A stretch of DNA of 63,618 bases, counting the filler. It is 5 parts of 5 records of this genome, joined end to end, with 100 filler letters (N's around TTAATTAATTAA, not from the genome) between each part and the next. Parts side by side here need not be neighbours in the genome. Positions count along the whole stretch, not along the records: positions 1 to 20,332 come from SRR22947725_610; 4 more parts are not named here. One strand, given 5' to 3'. The translations under genes and the position numbers were made by a program. The notes under the pieces are model-generated. The model saw only the letters and a program-made list of their open reading frames with translations, did not search any database and was not told where the DNA came from. Below are positions 1 to 10,697 of the stretch, in pieces. Every line of letters begins with the position of its first letter. The first letter of the stretch is position 1.

Positions 1-36
1 AAAACTAAAGCTAGATTTATTGTAATCCTAAATAAC

Positions 37-44
37 TATATTTG
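37..44 (+). promoter_or_regulatory. Bacteroidetes-type -7 promoter element (TATATTTG)
   Basis: Exact match to the TAnnTTTG consensus, 30 nt before the GTG start at 74. Confidence 0.6.
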
Positions 45-73
45 CGTGAACAAGTTTTATTAGTTAAAAAATA

Positions 74-841
74 GTGAGTACTCTAAAACACATTGAAAGA
101 AACGGATTTAAATATACAGTCGGTGGCAAAGGAAATCCTATAATTGTATTACATGGGCTTATGGGAGGCTTAGGAAACTTTAAAGATTTTCTAGAAAAAT
201 TTCAAACTTTAGGTTATCAAGTATTTATGCCTGAATTACCAATCTATTCTGCTTCACTTCTAAATACAAATGTTAAATATTTCGCAAAATTTATTAATGA
301 TTTTGTTCAAGAATTAAATTTAAATAAAGTAATTCTAGTTGGTAATTCTTTAGGTGGACATGTTGCATTAGTACATGCTAAACTATTTCCTTCAAACACA
401 AAAGCTTTAGTTTTAACGGGTAGCTCTGGTTTATATGAGAATGCAATGGGTGACACTTATCCAAGAAGAGGTGATTATGAATTTATAAAAAATAAAACCC
501 AAAATGTTTTTTATTCGCCTGAAATAGCAACTAAAGAAGTAGTTGACGAAGTATTTGAAGCGGTTAATGATAGAAGAAAAGTTTTAAAAATTTTAGCAGT
601 TGCAAAAAGTGCAATAAGACACAATATGGCTAAAGATCTCCCTAATATTAGTATACCTACAGCACTAATTTGGGGTAAAAATGATGAAGTCACACCTCCA
701 GATGTTGCAAATGAATTTGACAAATTACTGCCGAATTCTAAACTCTTTTGGTTTGAAAAATGTGGTCATGCTCCAATGATGGAACATCCAGAAAAATTTA
801 ATTCGACTGTGCATGATTGGCTCATAGAAAAAAAACTATGA
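74..841 (+). CDS. Alpha/beta-fold hydrolase
   Basis: HGLMG oxyanion motif, GNSLGG nucleophile elbow, WGxxD acid, GHAP catalytic His. Confidence 0.9.
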   Translation: MSTLKHIERNGFKYTVGGKGNPIIVLHGLMGGLGNFKDFLEKFQTLGYQVFMPELPIYSASLLNTNVKYFAKFINDFVQELNLNKVILVGNSLGGHVALVHAKLFPSNTKALVLTGSSGLYENAMGDTYPRRGDYEFIKNKTQNVFYSPEIATKEVVDEVFEAVNDRRKVLKILAVAKSAIRHNMAKDLPNISIPTALIWGKNDEVTPPDVANEFDKLLPNSKLFWFEKCGHAPMMEHPEKFNSTVHDWLIEKKL

Positions 842-844
842 TCA

Positions 845-1447
845 ATGAGAATAACGTCATCTAGCTTTGTTAAAAGTAGCTCAAAATCAAAAGATTGTCC
901 AGATCAAAAATTTAATGAATATGCATTTATAGGAAGATCTAACGTTGGAAAGTCTTCTCTAATAAACTCACTAACAAATAGTAAAAAATTAGCTAAAATT
1001 TCTGGTACACCAGGAAAAACACTTCTAATTAATCATTTCTTAATTAACAAAAAATGGTTTTTAGTAGATTTGCCAGGCTACGGTTTTGCTAGAAAATCTA
1101 AAAAAGAAAAAAGAATAATTGAAGAAATAATAACAGATTATTTTTTGAACAGAAATAATATAAACTTAACATTTGTACTTATTGACATAAGACTAAAGCC
1201 ACAAAAAATAGATTTAGAATTTATGCTTTGGCTAAATCAAAATAATATTCAATTCAAAATAATTTTTACAAAAGCTGACAAACTAAATAAAAAAGAATTT
1301 ATTCAAAATCCTGATCAATATCTCAAAAGTTTATTTAAAGAAATAGGTATTCATCCTGAGCACTTTATAAGTTCTTCAAAATCAAAATTAGGCCGTGAAG
1401 AAATACTTAATAGCATTTCCTTGCAAATTAACTCTAGGAAAGTTTAA
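845..1447 (+). CDS. yihA: Ribosome biogenesis GTPase YihA/YsxC (EngB)
   Basis: GRSNVGKSS, TPGKT, DLPGYG, TKADK motifs. Confidence 0.97.
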   Translation: MRITSSSFVKSSSKSKDCPDQKFNEYAFIGRSNVGKSSLINSLTNSKKLAKISGTPGKTLLINHFLINKKWFLVDLPGYGFARKSKKEKRIIEEIITDYFLNRNNINLTFVLIDIRLKPQKIDLEFMLWLNQNNIQFKIIFTKADKLNKKEFIQNPDQYLKSLFKEIGIHPEHFISSSKSKLGREEILNSISLQINSRKV

Positions 1448-1763
1448 TATTCAAATTTTCAGCAAAATAATCACAAAATTGTTTAAAAGAATCTGTCATT
1501 TTTTCGTTGTTTGTTGACCTAAAATACGTATCACTCATACTTACTAATGTCTGGTGAAAAAATACATTCATTTGATCTATCGGCATGTCTTTTGTCCATA
1601 AATCAATTTTTAAAGTTTCTTGAGGCTTATGATCCCAAACTGATAAAAATACAGCTTTGGATTCTTTATTAGAGACTCCTCCATCCGTGGCTGACCAATT
1701 AATCTTTTCAGGGATCTGATTTTCGTCTAATTCCACATTGAAAGTGATTTGAGTTTTTTTCAT
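1434..1763 (-). CDS. gldC: Gliding motility protein GldC
   Basis: VELDEN.IPEKI.WSA.DG and DLWTKDMP signatures; follows gldB. Confidence 0.92.
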   Translation of the reverse strand: MKKTQITFNVELDENQIPEKINWSATDGGVSNKESKAVFLSVWDHKPQETLKIDLWTKDMPIDQMNVFFHQTLVSMSDTYFRSTNNEKMTDSFKQFCDYFAENLNIKLS

Positions 1764-2695
1764 TATTTAAATGGTTTATATTTTGAATTTTTAAAGATAG
1801 TATAATGATCTAAATCTAATAACTCGTTAAGACTTGCCTTATTATTATTCATATATGAATTTACAATTTTATAGCCTAACCAACGCCCTATAGCTCCAGG
1901 TGATTCTTTATCAATATCAAGATTGAACTTTGAATAGGGAGATAATGAAATAAATCTAGATCTTAAATCAATATTAGTGTTAAAAAAGAATTCGTTTTCT
2001 ACAAAATAAGACCAAATTTCAAACTCGTTGTCATTAGTCCATTTCATTTTATTTGGACTGGTATTAAAAATAACCCAATCTTCTTCTTCATTATTTAGTA
2101 ATTTATTTAAATACAGTATTTTACCATATTGTATTATTTTAGAAAGTAAAGTTCTATCATCTTTAACCTTAACATATTTTTCAGAAATCTTAAATGCAAT
2201 ATCATTAGGAATGAATAATTTATTCATTTTTTGTGAAAGATAATTAGGTGTATTTTCATAAAAATTTGATCCAAAATACAAATTCAAAGAAACAAATAAA
2301 TAAGGTCCAGTATAAATTATTCGATCATTAAAATCACTTTTAGAAATAAGTGTAATTAACTTTGGAGTTTTAAAGTTTTCTAAAATATTAGTAGCATTAT
2401 TAAAAATTGATTTTACTTTACTAGAGTTGAAATCATAATCTTTAAATTCCATTAAAGAATAATTATAAAGATCATTTTCAACTGAATCATTGATTTTATT
2501 AATCCATATTGATTTAGAGAACTGACTAGGAAAAAGAAAAGGATATTTGAGTATCAAATTATCTAATTCATTTTCATCTGAATTATAAAATTTCTTTTCA
2601 AATCTTATTATTTCGATGTCATAATAATTCTCATTATCACAACTTATTGTAAAAAAAACAATAAAAATAACTATGTATATCTTATTATAATCCAT
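1763..2695 (-). CDS. gldB: Gliding motility lipoprotein GldB
   Basis: Lipoprotein signal (MDYNKIYIVIFIVFFTISC) from ATG at 2695; SPG.IG.W.GY.IV..YM motif; C-terminal SKYKP; gldC/nadE context. Confidence 0.85.
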   Translation of the reverse strand: MDYNKIYIVIFIVFFTISCDNENYYDIEIIRFEKKFYNSDENELDNLILKYPFLFPSQFSKSIWINKINDSVENDLYNYSLMEFKDYDFNSSKVKSIFNNATNILENFKTPKLITLISKSDFNDRIIYTGPYLFVSLNLYFGSNFYENTPNYLSQKMNKLFIPNDIAFKISEKYVKVKDDRTLLSKIIQYGKILYLNKLLNNEEEDWVIFNTSPNKMKWTNDNEFEIWSYFVENEFFFNTNIDLRSRFISLSPYSKFNLDIDKESPGAIGRWLGYKIVNSYMNNNKASLNELLDLDHYTIFKNSKYKPFK

Positions 2696-2752
2696 TAATT
2701 TTGTTGTGTAATAATTTATCAAATTTAACATAAAGTCAATAAACATTTACAA

Positions 2753-3538
2753 ATGAAATATGATATAATTGCAGATAATATAATTCAATGGCTAAAAGCT
2801 TATTCCAAAAAATCTAAAACTGATGGCTTTGTTATTGGGATTTCTGGAGGAATAGATTCAGCATTAACTTCAACCCTATGTGCAAGCACGGGCCTGCCAA
2901 CAATATGCATAGATATGCCTATTATGCAAAATAAAAACGAAGTGAATAGGGCTTCTAGTCATATAAAATGGCTTCAAAAAAAATTTAATAACGTAGTTCA
3001 TAAGTCTATTGATCTTAATGATGTTTTCAACTCATTTAAAAACACAGTAGAGCAAAAAAATGATCATAATAATTTTTTGTCATTAGCGAATTCAAGATCT
3101 AGACTCAGAATGACTACTTTATATTATTTTGCTGGTATAAACAGATGTTTGGTGGCTGGCACAGGAAATAAAGTTGAGGATTTTGGAATTGGTTTTTATA
3201 CAAAATATGGAGATGGAGGAGTAGATATAAGCCCAATTGCAGATTTAAATAAAACAGATGTTTTTGAGATTTCAAAAATACTTGGAGTATTAGACGAGAT
3301 TATTAAAGCTAAACCAACAGATGGCTTATGGGACGACGGAAGAACAGATGAAGATCAAATAGGAGCAACCTACAAAGAATTAGAGTGGGCTATGCAACAA
3401 AAAGATCTCAACAAAAAATTGATTGATTTTAAAGGACGAGAAAAAGAAGTTTTTCAAATTTTGAAAAAATTTAACAAACAAAATCTTCACAAGATGAATC
3501 CTATACCAATTTATAAAGTTCCAGAGATTCTAAAATAA
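2753..3538 (+). CDS. nadE: NH3-dependent NAD+ synthetase
   Basis: SGGIDS, SRLRM, GTGN, YTKYGDG motifs. Confidence 0.96.
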   Translation: MKYDIIADNIIQWLKAYSKKSKTDGFVIGISGGIDSALTSTLCASTGLPTICIDMPIMQNKNEVNRASSHIKWLQKKFNNVVHKSIDLNDVFNSFKNTVEQKNDHNNFLSLANSRSRLRMTTLYYFAGINRCLVAGTGNKVEDFGIGFYTKYGDGGVDISPIADLNKTDVFEISKILGVLDEIIKAKPTDGLWDDGRTDEDQIGATYKELEWAMQQKDLNKKLIDFKGREKEVFQILKKFNKQNLHKMNPIPIYKVPEILK

Positions 3539-5473
3539 TTACAAAACTCTATTTAATTTTTTTGACAATATTGTTTTTAGTTTGTGATATTCTCCAATTT
3601 CCTCTAAAATTTTATTATTTTCTAAGCTATCTTTAGTTTCTTCTTTTAATTCTTCAACTTTTTTATTTATTAAAAATGTTCTTAAACTAAGGATAGTTTC
3701 AGAAACAAGTTGACTTATGACTTTATCCTTATGCTTAACAAATATATTTTTACTTAACCAATCATGCAGCTCATATTGATCTTCGTTCATTAAAATTCCA
3801 GTAACATGATTTGCCAAATCTTGATTTAAACTATTTAAAAAAACTTCCAAAATTAACTTTTGATTTTTCTGAAATTCATTAATAATTTTTTCATAAATAA
3901 TTTTGAAAGATTCGTTAGTGAATTCAATTTCATCTTGTTGTAAATCAAGAAAGATTTTTTCATAAACTAATGAATTTACTGTTGTTGGTTCTAAAACAAC
4001 ATTACCGTCCTCATCATTTTTTAATATCAATTCTTCAAAATTTTCTTCTTTACTTCCATATAGCAAAAGTATTTCAATTATTTTTTTTTCTAATTCAAAT
4101 AGTAAATCAACATCTTTATTTTTTGTTGCTTTTTGGACCTTAGCAATTCTTTTTTTAGAAATAGAATGAATTTCATTTTTCGTTTTCTGAGCTAACGAAT
4201 TGAACAAAACCTCTTCTGAAATGTCCATAATTGATGAGCAATGCTTTACATATATTTCTTGTTTAATTCTATCAGGTATAATAGAAATGCTATTTATAAT
4301 TTCATTAATAGTATTTGCTTTAGAAATAGGATCGTTTTTTGAATTTTGAGCTAGAATCGATGCTTTAAATTGTATGAAATCTTTTGAATTATTTTTTAAA
4401 TAATCATCAATTTCTACATAAGATTTGTCCTGACTATAACTGTCAGGATCCTCACCATTAGGAAAGGAACAGACATTAACATTAAGGCCTGCTGTTAAAA
4501 TAATGTCAATCCCTCTCAAAGTCGCATTAACTCCAGCTTTATCACCATCAAAAAGCATAGTTACATTTGATGTCAATCTTCTAATCAATGTGATCTGATC
4601 TATAGTAAGTGCAGTTCCAGATGATGATACCACATTTTTAATTCCTTTTTGGTGCAACTGAATAACGTCAGTATAACCCTCAACTATAAAACAATTATCA
4701 AGTTTTGCAATATCCTGTTTTGCATAAAATATACCATATAATATTTTACTTTTATTATATATTAAACTTTCTGGGGAATTTAAATATTTGGCTGTTTTTA
4801 GTTGATTGTTTAGAATTCTCCCCCCAAAACCAAGTATCCGACCTGACATACTATGAATTGGAAATATAACTCTACCTCTGAATCTGTCAATTGATTTTTT
4901 ATTTTGAAAAATTGATAATCCAGATTTCTCTAAAAAAACTGGATCATAACCATTTGCGATCGCTTCTTTAGAAAAATAGTTTAATTTATCTGGTAAATAT
5001 CCTAAATCATACTTTTTAATAGTTTCATCACTAAATCCTCTTTCTTTAAAGTAAGAAAAACCAATAGATTTACCTTCACTTGAGTTAAACAAAGTGTCAC
5101 TAAAAAAATCTTTTGCATATTCAGATACTATAAATAAACTTTCTTTTTCAGAAGCTTTTTCCTTATCCAAAGAACTTACTTGAGTTTCTTCAATTTCGAT
5201 ATTATATTTTCTAGCTAAATATTTAATAGCTTCAGGATAAGTAAAATGTTCGTGCTCCATTAAAAATGCAACTGCGTTACCTCCTTTTCCACTACTAAAA
5301 TCTTTCCAAATTTGTTTAACAGGTGATACCACAAAACTTGGTGTTTTTTCATTAGAAAAAGGACTTAATCCTTTATAATTTGAACCCGATTTTTTTAGTT
5401 GTACGAATTCACCTACAACCTCTTCAACTAAAGATTGCTCAAAAACTTTATCTATTGTGGTTTTAGAAATCAA
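3539..5473 (-). CDS. dnaG: DNA primase
   Basis: N-terminal SPF..EKTPSF domain (Bacteroidetes type), KYLNSPE, VEGYTDV, DGD TOPRIM; TTG start. Confidence 0.97.
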   Translation of the reverse strand: MISKTTIDKVFEQSLVEEVVGEFVQLKKSGSNYKGLSPFSNEKTPSFVVSPVKQIWKDFSSGKGGNAVAFLMEHEHFTYPEAIKYLARKYNIEIEETQVSSLDKEKASEKESLFIVSEYAKDFFSDTLFNSSEGKSIGFSYFKERGFSDETIKKYDLGYLPDKLNYFSKEAIANGYDPVFLEKSGLSIFQNKKSIDRFRGRVIFPIHSMSGRILGFGGRILNNQLKTAKYLNSPESLIYNKSKILYGIFYAKQDIAKLDNCFIVEGYTDVIQLHQKGIKNVVSSSGTALTIDQITLIRRLTSNVTMLFDGDKAGVNATLRGIDIILTAGLNVNVCSFPNGEDPDSYSQDKSYVEIDDYLKNNSKDFIQFKASILAQNSKNDPISKANTINEIINSISIIPDRIKQEIYVKHCSSIMDISEEVLFNSLAQKTKNEIHSISKKRIAKVQKATKNKDVDLLFELEKKIIEILLLYGSKEENFEELILKNDEDGNVVLEPTTVNSLVYEKIFLDLQQDEIEFTNESFKIIYEKIINEFQKNQKLILEVFLNSLNQDLANHVTGILMNEDQYELHDWLSKNIFVKHKDKVISQLVSETILSLRTFLINKKVEELKEETKDSLENNKILEEIGEYHKLKTILSKKLNRVL

Positions 5474-5521
5474 TTTTTTTAATAAAGCATTAATTTAATC
5501 AAAAAAAATTATTTAAATAAA

Positions 5522-6496
5522 TTAGTAATTTCTTTCAATTACGTATTTAATTAATTTTTTTAAACTTTCTTTAAATTCATTATCCTCAAAATATTTTAGA
5601 TCTTCAACTGCAGAATTATAATATTCATTAATTTTTTTTTGAGTATAATCAATACCTCCCATCTCAGTAACGTAACTTATAATATCTTTTATAACATAAT
5701 CGTTACTGTTTTTAACAGAGTTAATTAGCCATTTCTTTTTTGATTCTGAAGAATTATTTAAAGCATAAATAAGAGGAAGAGTTAATTTTTTTTCTTTAAT
5801 ATCTATCCCGGTTGGCTTGCCTATTTTCCTGTTACCATAATCAAATAAATCATCTTTTAATTGAAATGCTATCCCAATTTTTTCACCTAATTCGTAAAAT
5901 TTATTAATTTGAGATTTAGAAGAATTTGAAGCAGAGGCCCCAAGTGCACAACAAGATGCAATCAAGGATGCTGTTTTTTTTGTAATTATTTTAAAATAAG
6001 TTTTTTCATCAATATCTAATCTTCTTGCTTTTTCTATTTGTAAAAGCTCACCTTGACTCATATCTTTAACAGATTTAGAAATTATTTTAAGTAAGTCAAA
6101 ATCATCATTATCAATACATAACAACATTCCTTTAGACAATAAAAAATCTCCTACCAAAACAGCAATTTTGTTTTTCCATAAAGCATTTAAAGAAAAAAAA
6201 CCTCTTCGTTTATCACTTGAATCAACTACATCATCATGAATTAATGTTGCAGTATGAATAAGCTCAATAATGGAAGCTGCTCTATAAACTTTTTCATTAA
6301 TGAGTGTGCTATCTGACATCATTTTAGCTGTTAAAAAAACAAACATTGGTCTCATTTGTTTACCTTTCCTTTTAACAACATAATGAGTGATTCTGTTTAA
6401 TAAAGGGACATCAGATATCATAGAATTTGAAAATTTCTCTTCAAAAAGATCCATTTCTTTTTTTATGGGTAATTTGATTTGCTCTAAAATTTTCAT
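5522..6496 (-). CDS. Long-chain polyprenyl diphosphate synthase (IspB-like)
   Basis: GKQMRP, HDDVVD, RRG, KTA, FQLKDD motifs. Confidence 0.92.
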   Translation of the reverse strand: MKILEQIKLPIKKEMDLFEEKFSNSMISDVPLLNRITHYVVKRKGKQMRPMFVFLTAKMMSDSTLINEKVYRAASIIELIHTATLIHDDVVDSSDKRRGFFSLNALWKNKIAVLVGDFLLSKGMLLCIDNDDFDLLKIISKSVKDMSQGELLQIEKARRLDIDEKTYFKIITKKTASLIASCCALGASASNSSKSQINKFYELGEKIGIAFQLKDDLFDYGNRKIGKPTGIDIKEKKLTLPLIYALNNSSESKKKWLINSVKNSNDYVIKDIISYVTEMGGIDYTQKKINEYYNSAVEDLKYFEDNEFKESLKKLIKYVIERNY

Positions 6497-6503
6497 ATAA
6501 ATA

Positions 6504-7544
6504 CTACTCTAACTTGTTAGCTAATTGTCCACAAGCTGCATCAATATCTTTACCTCTCGATTTACGAATTGTAACTGGAATTTTATTTTTCTCAAGCTTA
6601 TTCACATATTCCTCTATAGCTTTATTTTTTGCAGATCTAAAAAAATTATTATCTGTTGTGTTATACTCAATAAGATTGACCTTTGATGGTGAAGATTTAC
6701 AAAAATTAACTAGAGCATTTATATGATCCTCGTCATCATTAATACCTTCCCAAACTATGTATTCATAAGTTACGATTTTATTAGTTTTTAAATACCAATA
6801 TTTTACAGCTTCTAAAAGATTTTCTAATGGAAATTTTTTAGAAAAAGGCATGATTTTATTTCTAGTTTTTTCTATAGCTGAATGTAGAGAAATAGCTAAA
6901 TTAAATTTCACATTGTCATCAGCCATTTTAATAATTAATTTTGATATACCCGATGTAGATACAGTTATTCTTTTAGGCGACATTCCTAAACCCTCTTTGC
7001 TAGTTATTTTGTCAATTCCTTTAATAACATTACTATAGTTTAAAAGAGGTTCACCCATACCCATGAAAACTATATTTGAAATTGGTCTATCGTGGTATTT
7101 TATACTTTGAGAATTGATGGTGACTGCTTGATCATAAATCTCGTCTGGATTTAAATTTCTTATCCTATCCATTTTTGAAGTTGCACAAAAATCGCAATCT
7201 AAACTACAACCAACTTGACTGGAAATACAAGCAGTAGTTCTTGATTTTGTTGGTATTAAGACAGATTCAACTAAAAGATTGTCATATAATGATATAGCAT
7301 TTTTTATAGTCCCATCTTTGCTTTTCTGTAACTTATCAATTTTAATATGATTTATAACAAATTTACTTTTCAATAGATTTCTTAATTCTAAAGAAATATT
7401 TGTCATTTCATCAAATGACAAGCAAGATTTTTTCCAAAGCCAATTATAAACTTGATTAGCCCTGTATGAGGGCATATTATTGGATTTAAAAAAAGAAGTC
7501 AGCTCTTCAATTGATAAAGATCTAATATCTTTTTTTTCTTTCAT
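6504..7544 (-). CDS. rlmN: 23S rRNA (A2503) C2-methyltransferase, radical SAM
   Basis: CISSQVGCSLDCDFC, MGMGEP, DIDAACGQL. Confidence 0.97.
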   Translation of the reverse strand: MKEKKDIRSLSIEELTSFFKSNNMPSYRANQVYNWLWKKSCLSFDEMTNISLELRNLLKSKFVINHIKIDKLQKSKDGTIKNAISLYDNLLVESVLIPTKSRTTACISSQVGCSLDCDFCATSKMDRIRNLNPDEIYDQAVTINSQSIKYHDRPISNIVFMGMGEPLLNYSNVIKGIDKITSKEGLGMSPKRITVSTSGISKLIIKMADDNVKFNLAISLHSAIEKTRNKIMPFSKKFPLENLLEAVKYWYLKTNKIVTYEYIVWEGINDDEDHINALVNFCKSSPSKVNLIEYNTTDNNFFRSAKNKAIEEYVNKLEKNKIPVTIRKSRGKDIDAACGQLANKLE

Positions 7545-7553
7545 TTTTAAAAC

Positions 7554-8603
7554 TTAAATAATCAACATAGCATCTCCATAAGAATAAAAATTATATTTTT
7601 CTTTTATTGCAACAGAGTAAGCTTCTTTGATAAAATCAGGACCAGCAAATGCAGAGGCCATCATTAATAGTGTAGATTTAGGTGTATGAAAATTGGTAAT
7701 CATAGAATCAGCAATTCTAAAATCATAGGGTGGAAAAATAAACTTATGAGTCCATCCGCTGTATGGATTTAAAGTTCTTACTGAGGACACTGACGATTCA
7801 ATTCCTCGCATTGAAGTTGTTCCAACTGCACAAATTCTTTTTTTATTTGCTTTTGCTCCATTAATTATTTCACAAGCCTTTTCATTTATAAATAATTCCT
7901 CAGAATCCATTTTATGTTTAGACAAATCTTCAACTTCAACAGGATTAAAAGTACCTAAGCCTACATGCATAGTTATTTCTGCAATATTAATTCCTTTAAT
8001 TTCTAATCTTTTTAATAAATGTTTTGAAAAATGCATTCCTGCTGTTGGGGCAGCTACTGCACCTTCGTGTTTTGCATATATTGTCTGGTATCTTTCTTTG
8101 TCGAAACTCTCTTCTTCTCTTTTAATAAATTTTGGAAGTGGAGTTTGACCTAACTCAAATAGAGCTTTCCTAAATTCATCATAAGAACCATCATATAAAA
8201 ATCTTAATGTTCTTCCTCTAGAGGTAGTATTGTCAATAACTTCGGCAACTAGGTTATCATCATCTCCAAAATATAATTTATTACCAATTCTTATTTTTCT
8301 TGCTGGGTCAACTAAAACATCCCAAAGTCTTTGATCGTCACTTAACTCTCTCAACAAAAACACTTCAATTCTTGCGCCAGTTTTTTCTTTATTTCCTATC
8401 AATCTAGCAGGGAATACCTTAGTATTATTAAAGACAAAAGCATCTCCTTCACCAAAATAACTAACTACATCCTTAAAAGTTTTATGCTCGATAGTTTCTT
8501 TTTTTCTATCTAAGACCATTAGTCTAGACTCATCTCGGTGATCTGCTGGATATTCAGCTAAGCGTTCTTCTGGAAGCTCAAAATTAAATTGTGATAATTT
8601 CAT
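7554..8603 (-). CDS. queA: SAM:tRNA ribosyltransferase-isomerase
   Basis: [34 protein letters not shown]. Start placed at ATG 8603 because the ORF-track start overlaps a promoter element. Confidence 0.96.
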   Translation of the reverse strand: MKLSQFNFELPEERLAEYPADHRDESRLMVLDRKKETIEHKTFKDVVSYFGEGDAFVFNNTKVFPARLIGNKEKTGARIEVFLLRELSDDQRLWDVLVDPARKIRIGNKLYFGDDDNLVAEVIDNTTSRGRTLRFLYDGSYDEFRKALFELGQTPLPKFIKREEESFDKERYQTIYAKHEGAVAAPTAGMHFSKHLLKRLEIKGINIAEITMHVGLGTFNPVEVEDLSKHKMDSEELFINEKACEIINGAKANKKRICAVGTTSMRGIESSVSSVRTLNPYSGWTHKFIFPPYDFRIADSMITNFHTPKSTLLMMASAFAGPDFIKEAYSVAIKEKYNFYSYGDAMLII

Positions 8604-8621
8604 AAGTTTATTTAAAGTTTG

Positions 8622-8653
8622 CAAATATACATTTCTGCATACCCCTATGTCAA
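8622..8653 (-). promoter_or_regulatory. Bacteroidetes primary-sigma promoter for queA (-33 TTG, 21-nt spacer, -7 TATATTTG)
   Basis: Minus strand TTG-acataggggtatgcagaaatg-TATATTTG upstream of queA. Confidence 0.65.
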
Positions 8654-8674
8654 GTATATTAGCAATTAATTAAA

Positions 8675-9907
8675 TTAAATTTTGGATAGGTTAAAATTTA
8701 AACTCTTCAAATCTTTCCAAAAATCCTTATATGACTTTGTAACTACATCTGGATTATTAATGATTATTGGAGTCATTAAGGCTAAAGGTGCAAACGCCAT
8801 TGCCATTCTATGATCATTGTAAGTTTCAATTGAAATTCCGTTATTTATAGAAAAAGTAGGCGCTAAATGGAAACTATTATTAGTAACCTTAACATTAGCA
8901 CCTAGTTTAGACAATTCAATTCTTAAAGCTTCTAATCTATCTGTTTCTTTAATTTTTAAAGTATGTAATCCAAAAAGATCACAACTAATACCTAATCCAA
9001 AACACGTAACTGCAATAGTTTGAGCAATGTCTGGATTTTCTGTTAAATCAAGATCAATATGATCTGGCTTAATAAAATCATTGATTTTTTTTATTAAAAT
9101 TCTAGAGGAAGATTTTATAAATTTTGTTTCAACACCAAGTTTTGCGTAGATTTCATATAGTTTAACATCACCTTGAATTGATGATTTATAAAATGTTCCT
9201 ATATTCAACTCAGCAGCATTGGAAAGAGCTACAATACTATAAAAATATGATACTGAACTCCAATCAGACTCGATAGAAATTGCTGAATTATTAATTTTTG
9301 AACAGTGTTCAATTGAAATAATATTATTTTTAAAATAACAGTTAATTCCAATTTTTTTGAGAATTGCTAATGTCATTTCTAAATAAGGTTTAGAAGTTAT
9401 TTTACCCTCAAGATTAATTAATAACCCATTTTTCAAAATAGGTGCAATTAGCATTAAAGCGGAAATATATTGACTACTTATATTAGAGCTTAAACTTATT
9501 TCTCCCCCAAATATCTCTTGTCCTTTTATTATTAAAGGAGGAAATCCCTTTTTATCAAAATAAGAAATATTGGCACCTAATTTATTAAGAGCCTGAACTA
9601 GAATCTTAATTGGTCTTTCCTTCATTCTTTGTGAGCCCGTAATAACAAACTTTTTATTTGTTTTTATTGCTAACAAAGCTGTTAAAAACCGCATAGCTGT
9701 ACCAGCATGATGAACATCAATATGACTTTCTAAATTGGTTATATATTTATCTAAAATTACTGTATCATCTGAGTTAGATAAATTATTTATTTTTAAATTT
9801 CCATAAATTGAATTTAAAATTAACAGCCTATTTGATTCACTCTTAGAACCTGAAATTTCAAATGAATTTGAAAAACTATCATTATTATGATTAATCAAAT
9901 AACTCAT
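8675..9907 (-). CDS. aroA: EPSP synthase
   Basis: GSKSESNR, AGTAMRF, SSQYIS, KETDR, DHRMAM, KSY motifs. Confidence 0.96.
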   Translation of the reverse strand: MSYLINHNNDSFSNSFEISGSKSESNRLLILNSIYGNLKINNLSNSDDTVILDKYITNLESHIDVHHAGTAMRFLTALLAIKTNKKFVITGSQRMKERPIKILVQALNKLGANISYFDKKGFPPLIIKGQEIFGGEISLSSNISSQYISALMLIAPILKNGLLINLEGKITSKPYLEMTLAILKKIGINCYFKNNIISIEHCSKINNSAISIESDWSSVSYFYSIVALSNAAELNIGTFYKSSIQGDVKLYEIYAKLGVETKFIKSSSRILIKKINDFIKPDHIDLDLTENPDIAQTIAVTCFGLGISCDLFGLHTLKIKETDRLEALRIELSKLGANVKVTNNSFHLAPTFSINNGISIETYNDHRMAMAFAPLALMTPIIINNPDVVTKSYKDFWKDLKSLNFNLSKI

Positions 9908-9910
9908 AAA

Positions 9911-10237
9911 TTATTTTAGCTTAGGATTACTCTTATGTCTTAAATGATCTCTTTTAGATTTTAATTCTATTTTTTTATTAAATGAATTGTCCAAATCAAT
10001 TCCTGTTTGATTAGCTAAACACAAAACAACAAAAAGAACATCAGAAAGCTCTTCTCCTAAATCAATTTTTTTGTCAGATTCTTTTTCTGATTGTTCACCA
10101 AATCTTCGAGATATAACTCTAGCTACTTCACCTACTTCTTCTGTTAATTGAGCCATGTTTGTTAGCGGATCAAAATAACGAACACCATGTTCATTTATCC
10201 AATTGTCTACTTTTTTTTGTAATGATTTAAATTCCAT
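9911..10237 (-). CDS. MazG-like nucleotide pyrophosphohydrolase
   Basis: LTEEVGEVA and EELSDV motifs. Confidence 0.9.
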   Translation of the reverse strand: MEFKSLQKKVDNWINEHGVRYFDPLTNMAQLTEEVGEVARVISRRFGEQSEKESDKKIDLGEELSDVLFVVLCLANQTGIDLDNSFNKKIELKSKRDHLRHKSNPKLK

Positions 10238-10241
10238 AAGG

Positions 10242-10697
10242 TTATTCTTTATTTTTAGAATCTATAAATATAGTTACTGGCCCATCATTTTCAATTTTAA
10301 CGAGCATGTTTGCCCCAAAAACTCCTGAACAAGGATTCTTTTTAATTTTTTGTTTAATTAAATCTAAAAACTCATTATATATTTTTAATGCAAATTCACT
10401 TTTAGCAGCTTTTATGTAAGATGGCCTATTTCCTTTTTTTGTTGAGGCATGAAGAGTAAATTGACTAATAATAAGGATATCTCCATCAATATCAATTAAT
10501 GACTTATTCATAATTTTATTTTCATCATCAAAAATCCTCAATTGAGAAACTTTAGTACACATCCATTCAATATCAGTAATAGTATCGTTATTTTCGATTC
10601 CTAAAAACAAAACTATTCCCTTTTCAATAGAAGATATTTTACTTCCATTTACACTTACGCTTCCTTTCTTAACTCTTTGAATTATTACTCTCATCAA
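10242..10697 (-). CDS. dtd: D-aminoacyl-tRNA deacylase
   Basis: QRV, SQFTL, GNRPS, FGA.M, NDGPVT motifs. Confidence 0.97.
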   Translation of the reverse strand: MMRVIIQRVKKGSVSVNGSKISSIEKGIVLFLGIENNDTITDIEWMCTKVSQLRIFDDENKIMNKSLIDIDGDILIISQFTLHASTKKGNRPSYIKAAKSEFALKIYNEFLDLIKQKIKKNPCSGVFGANMLVKIENDGPVTIFIDSKNKE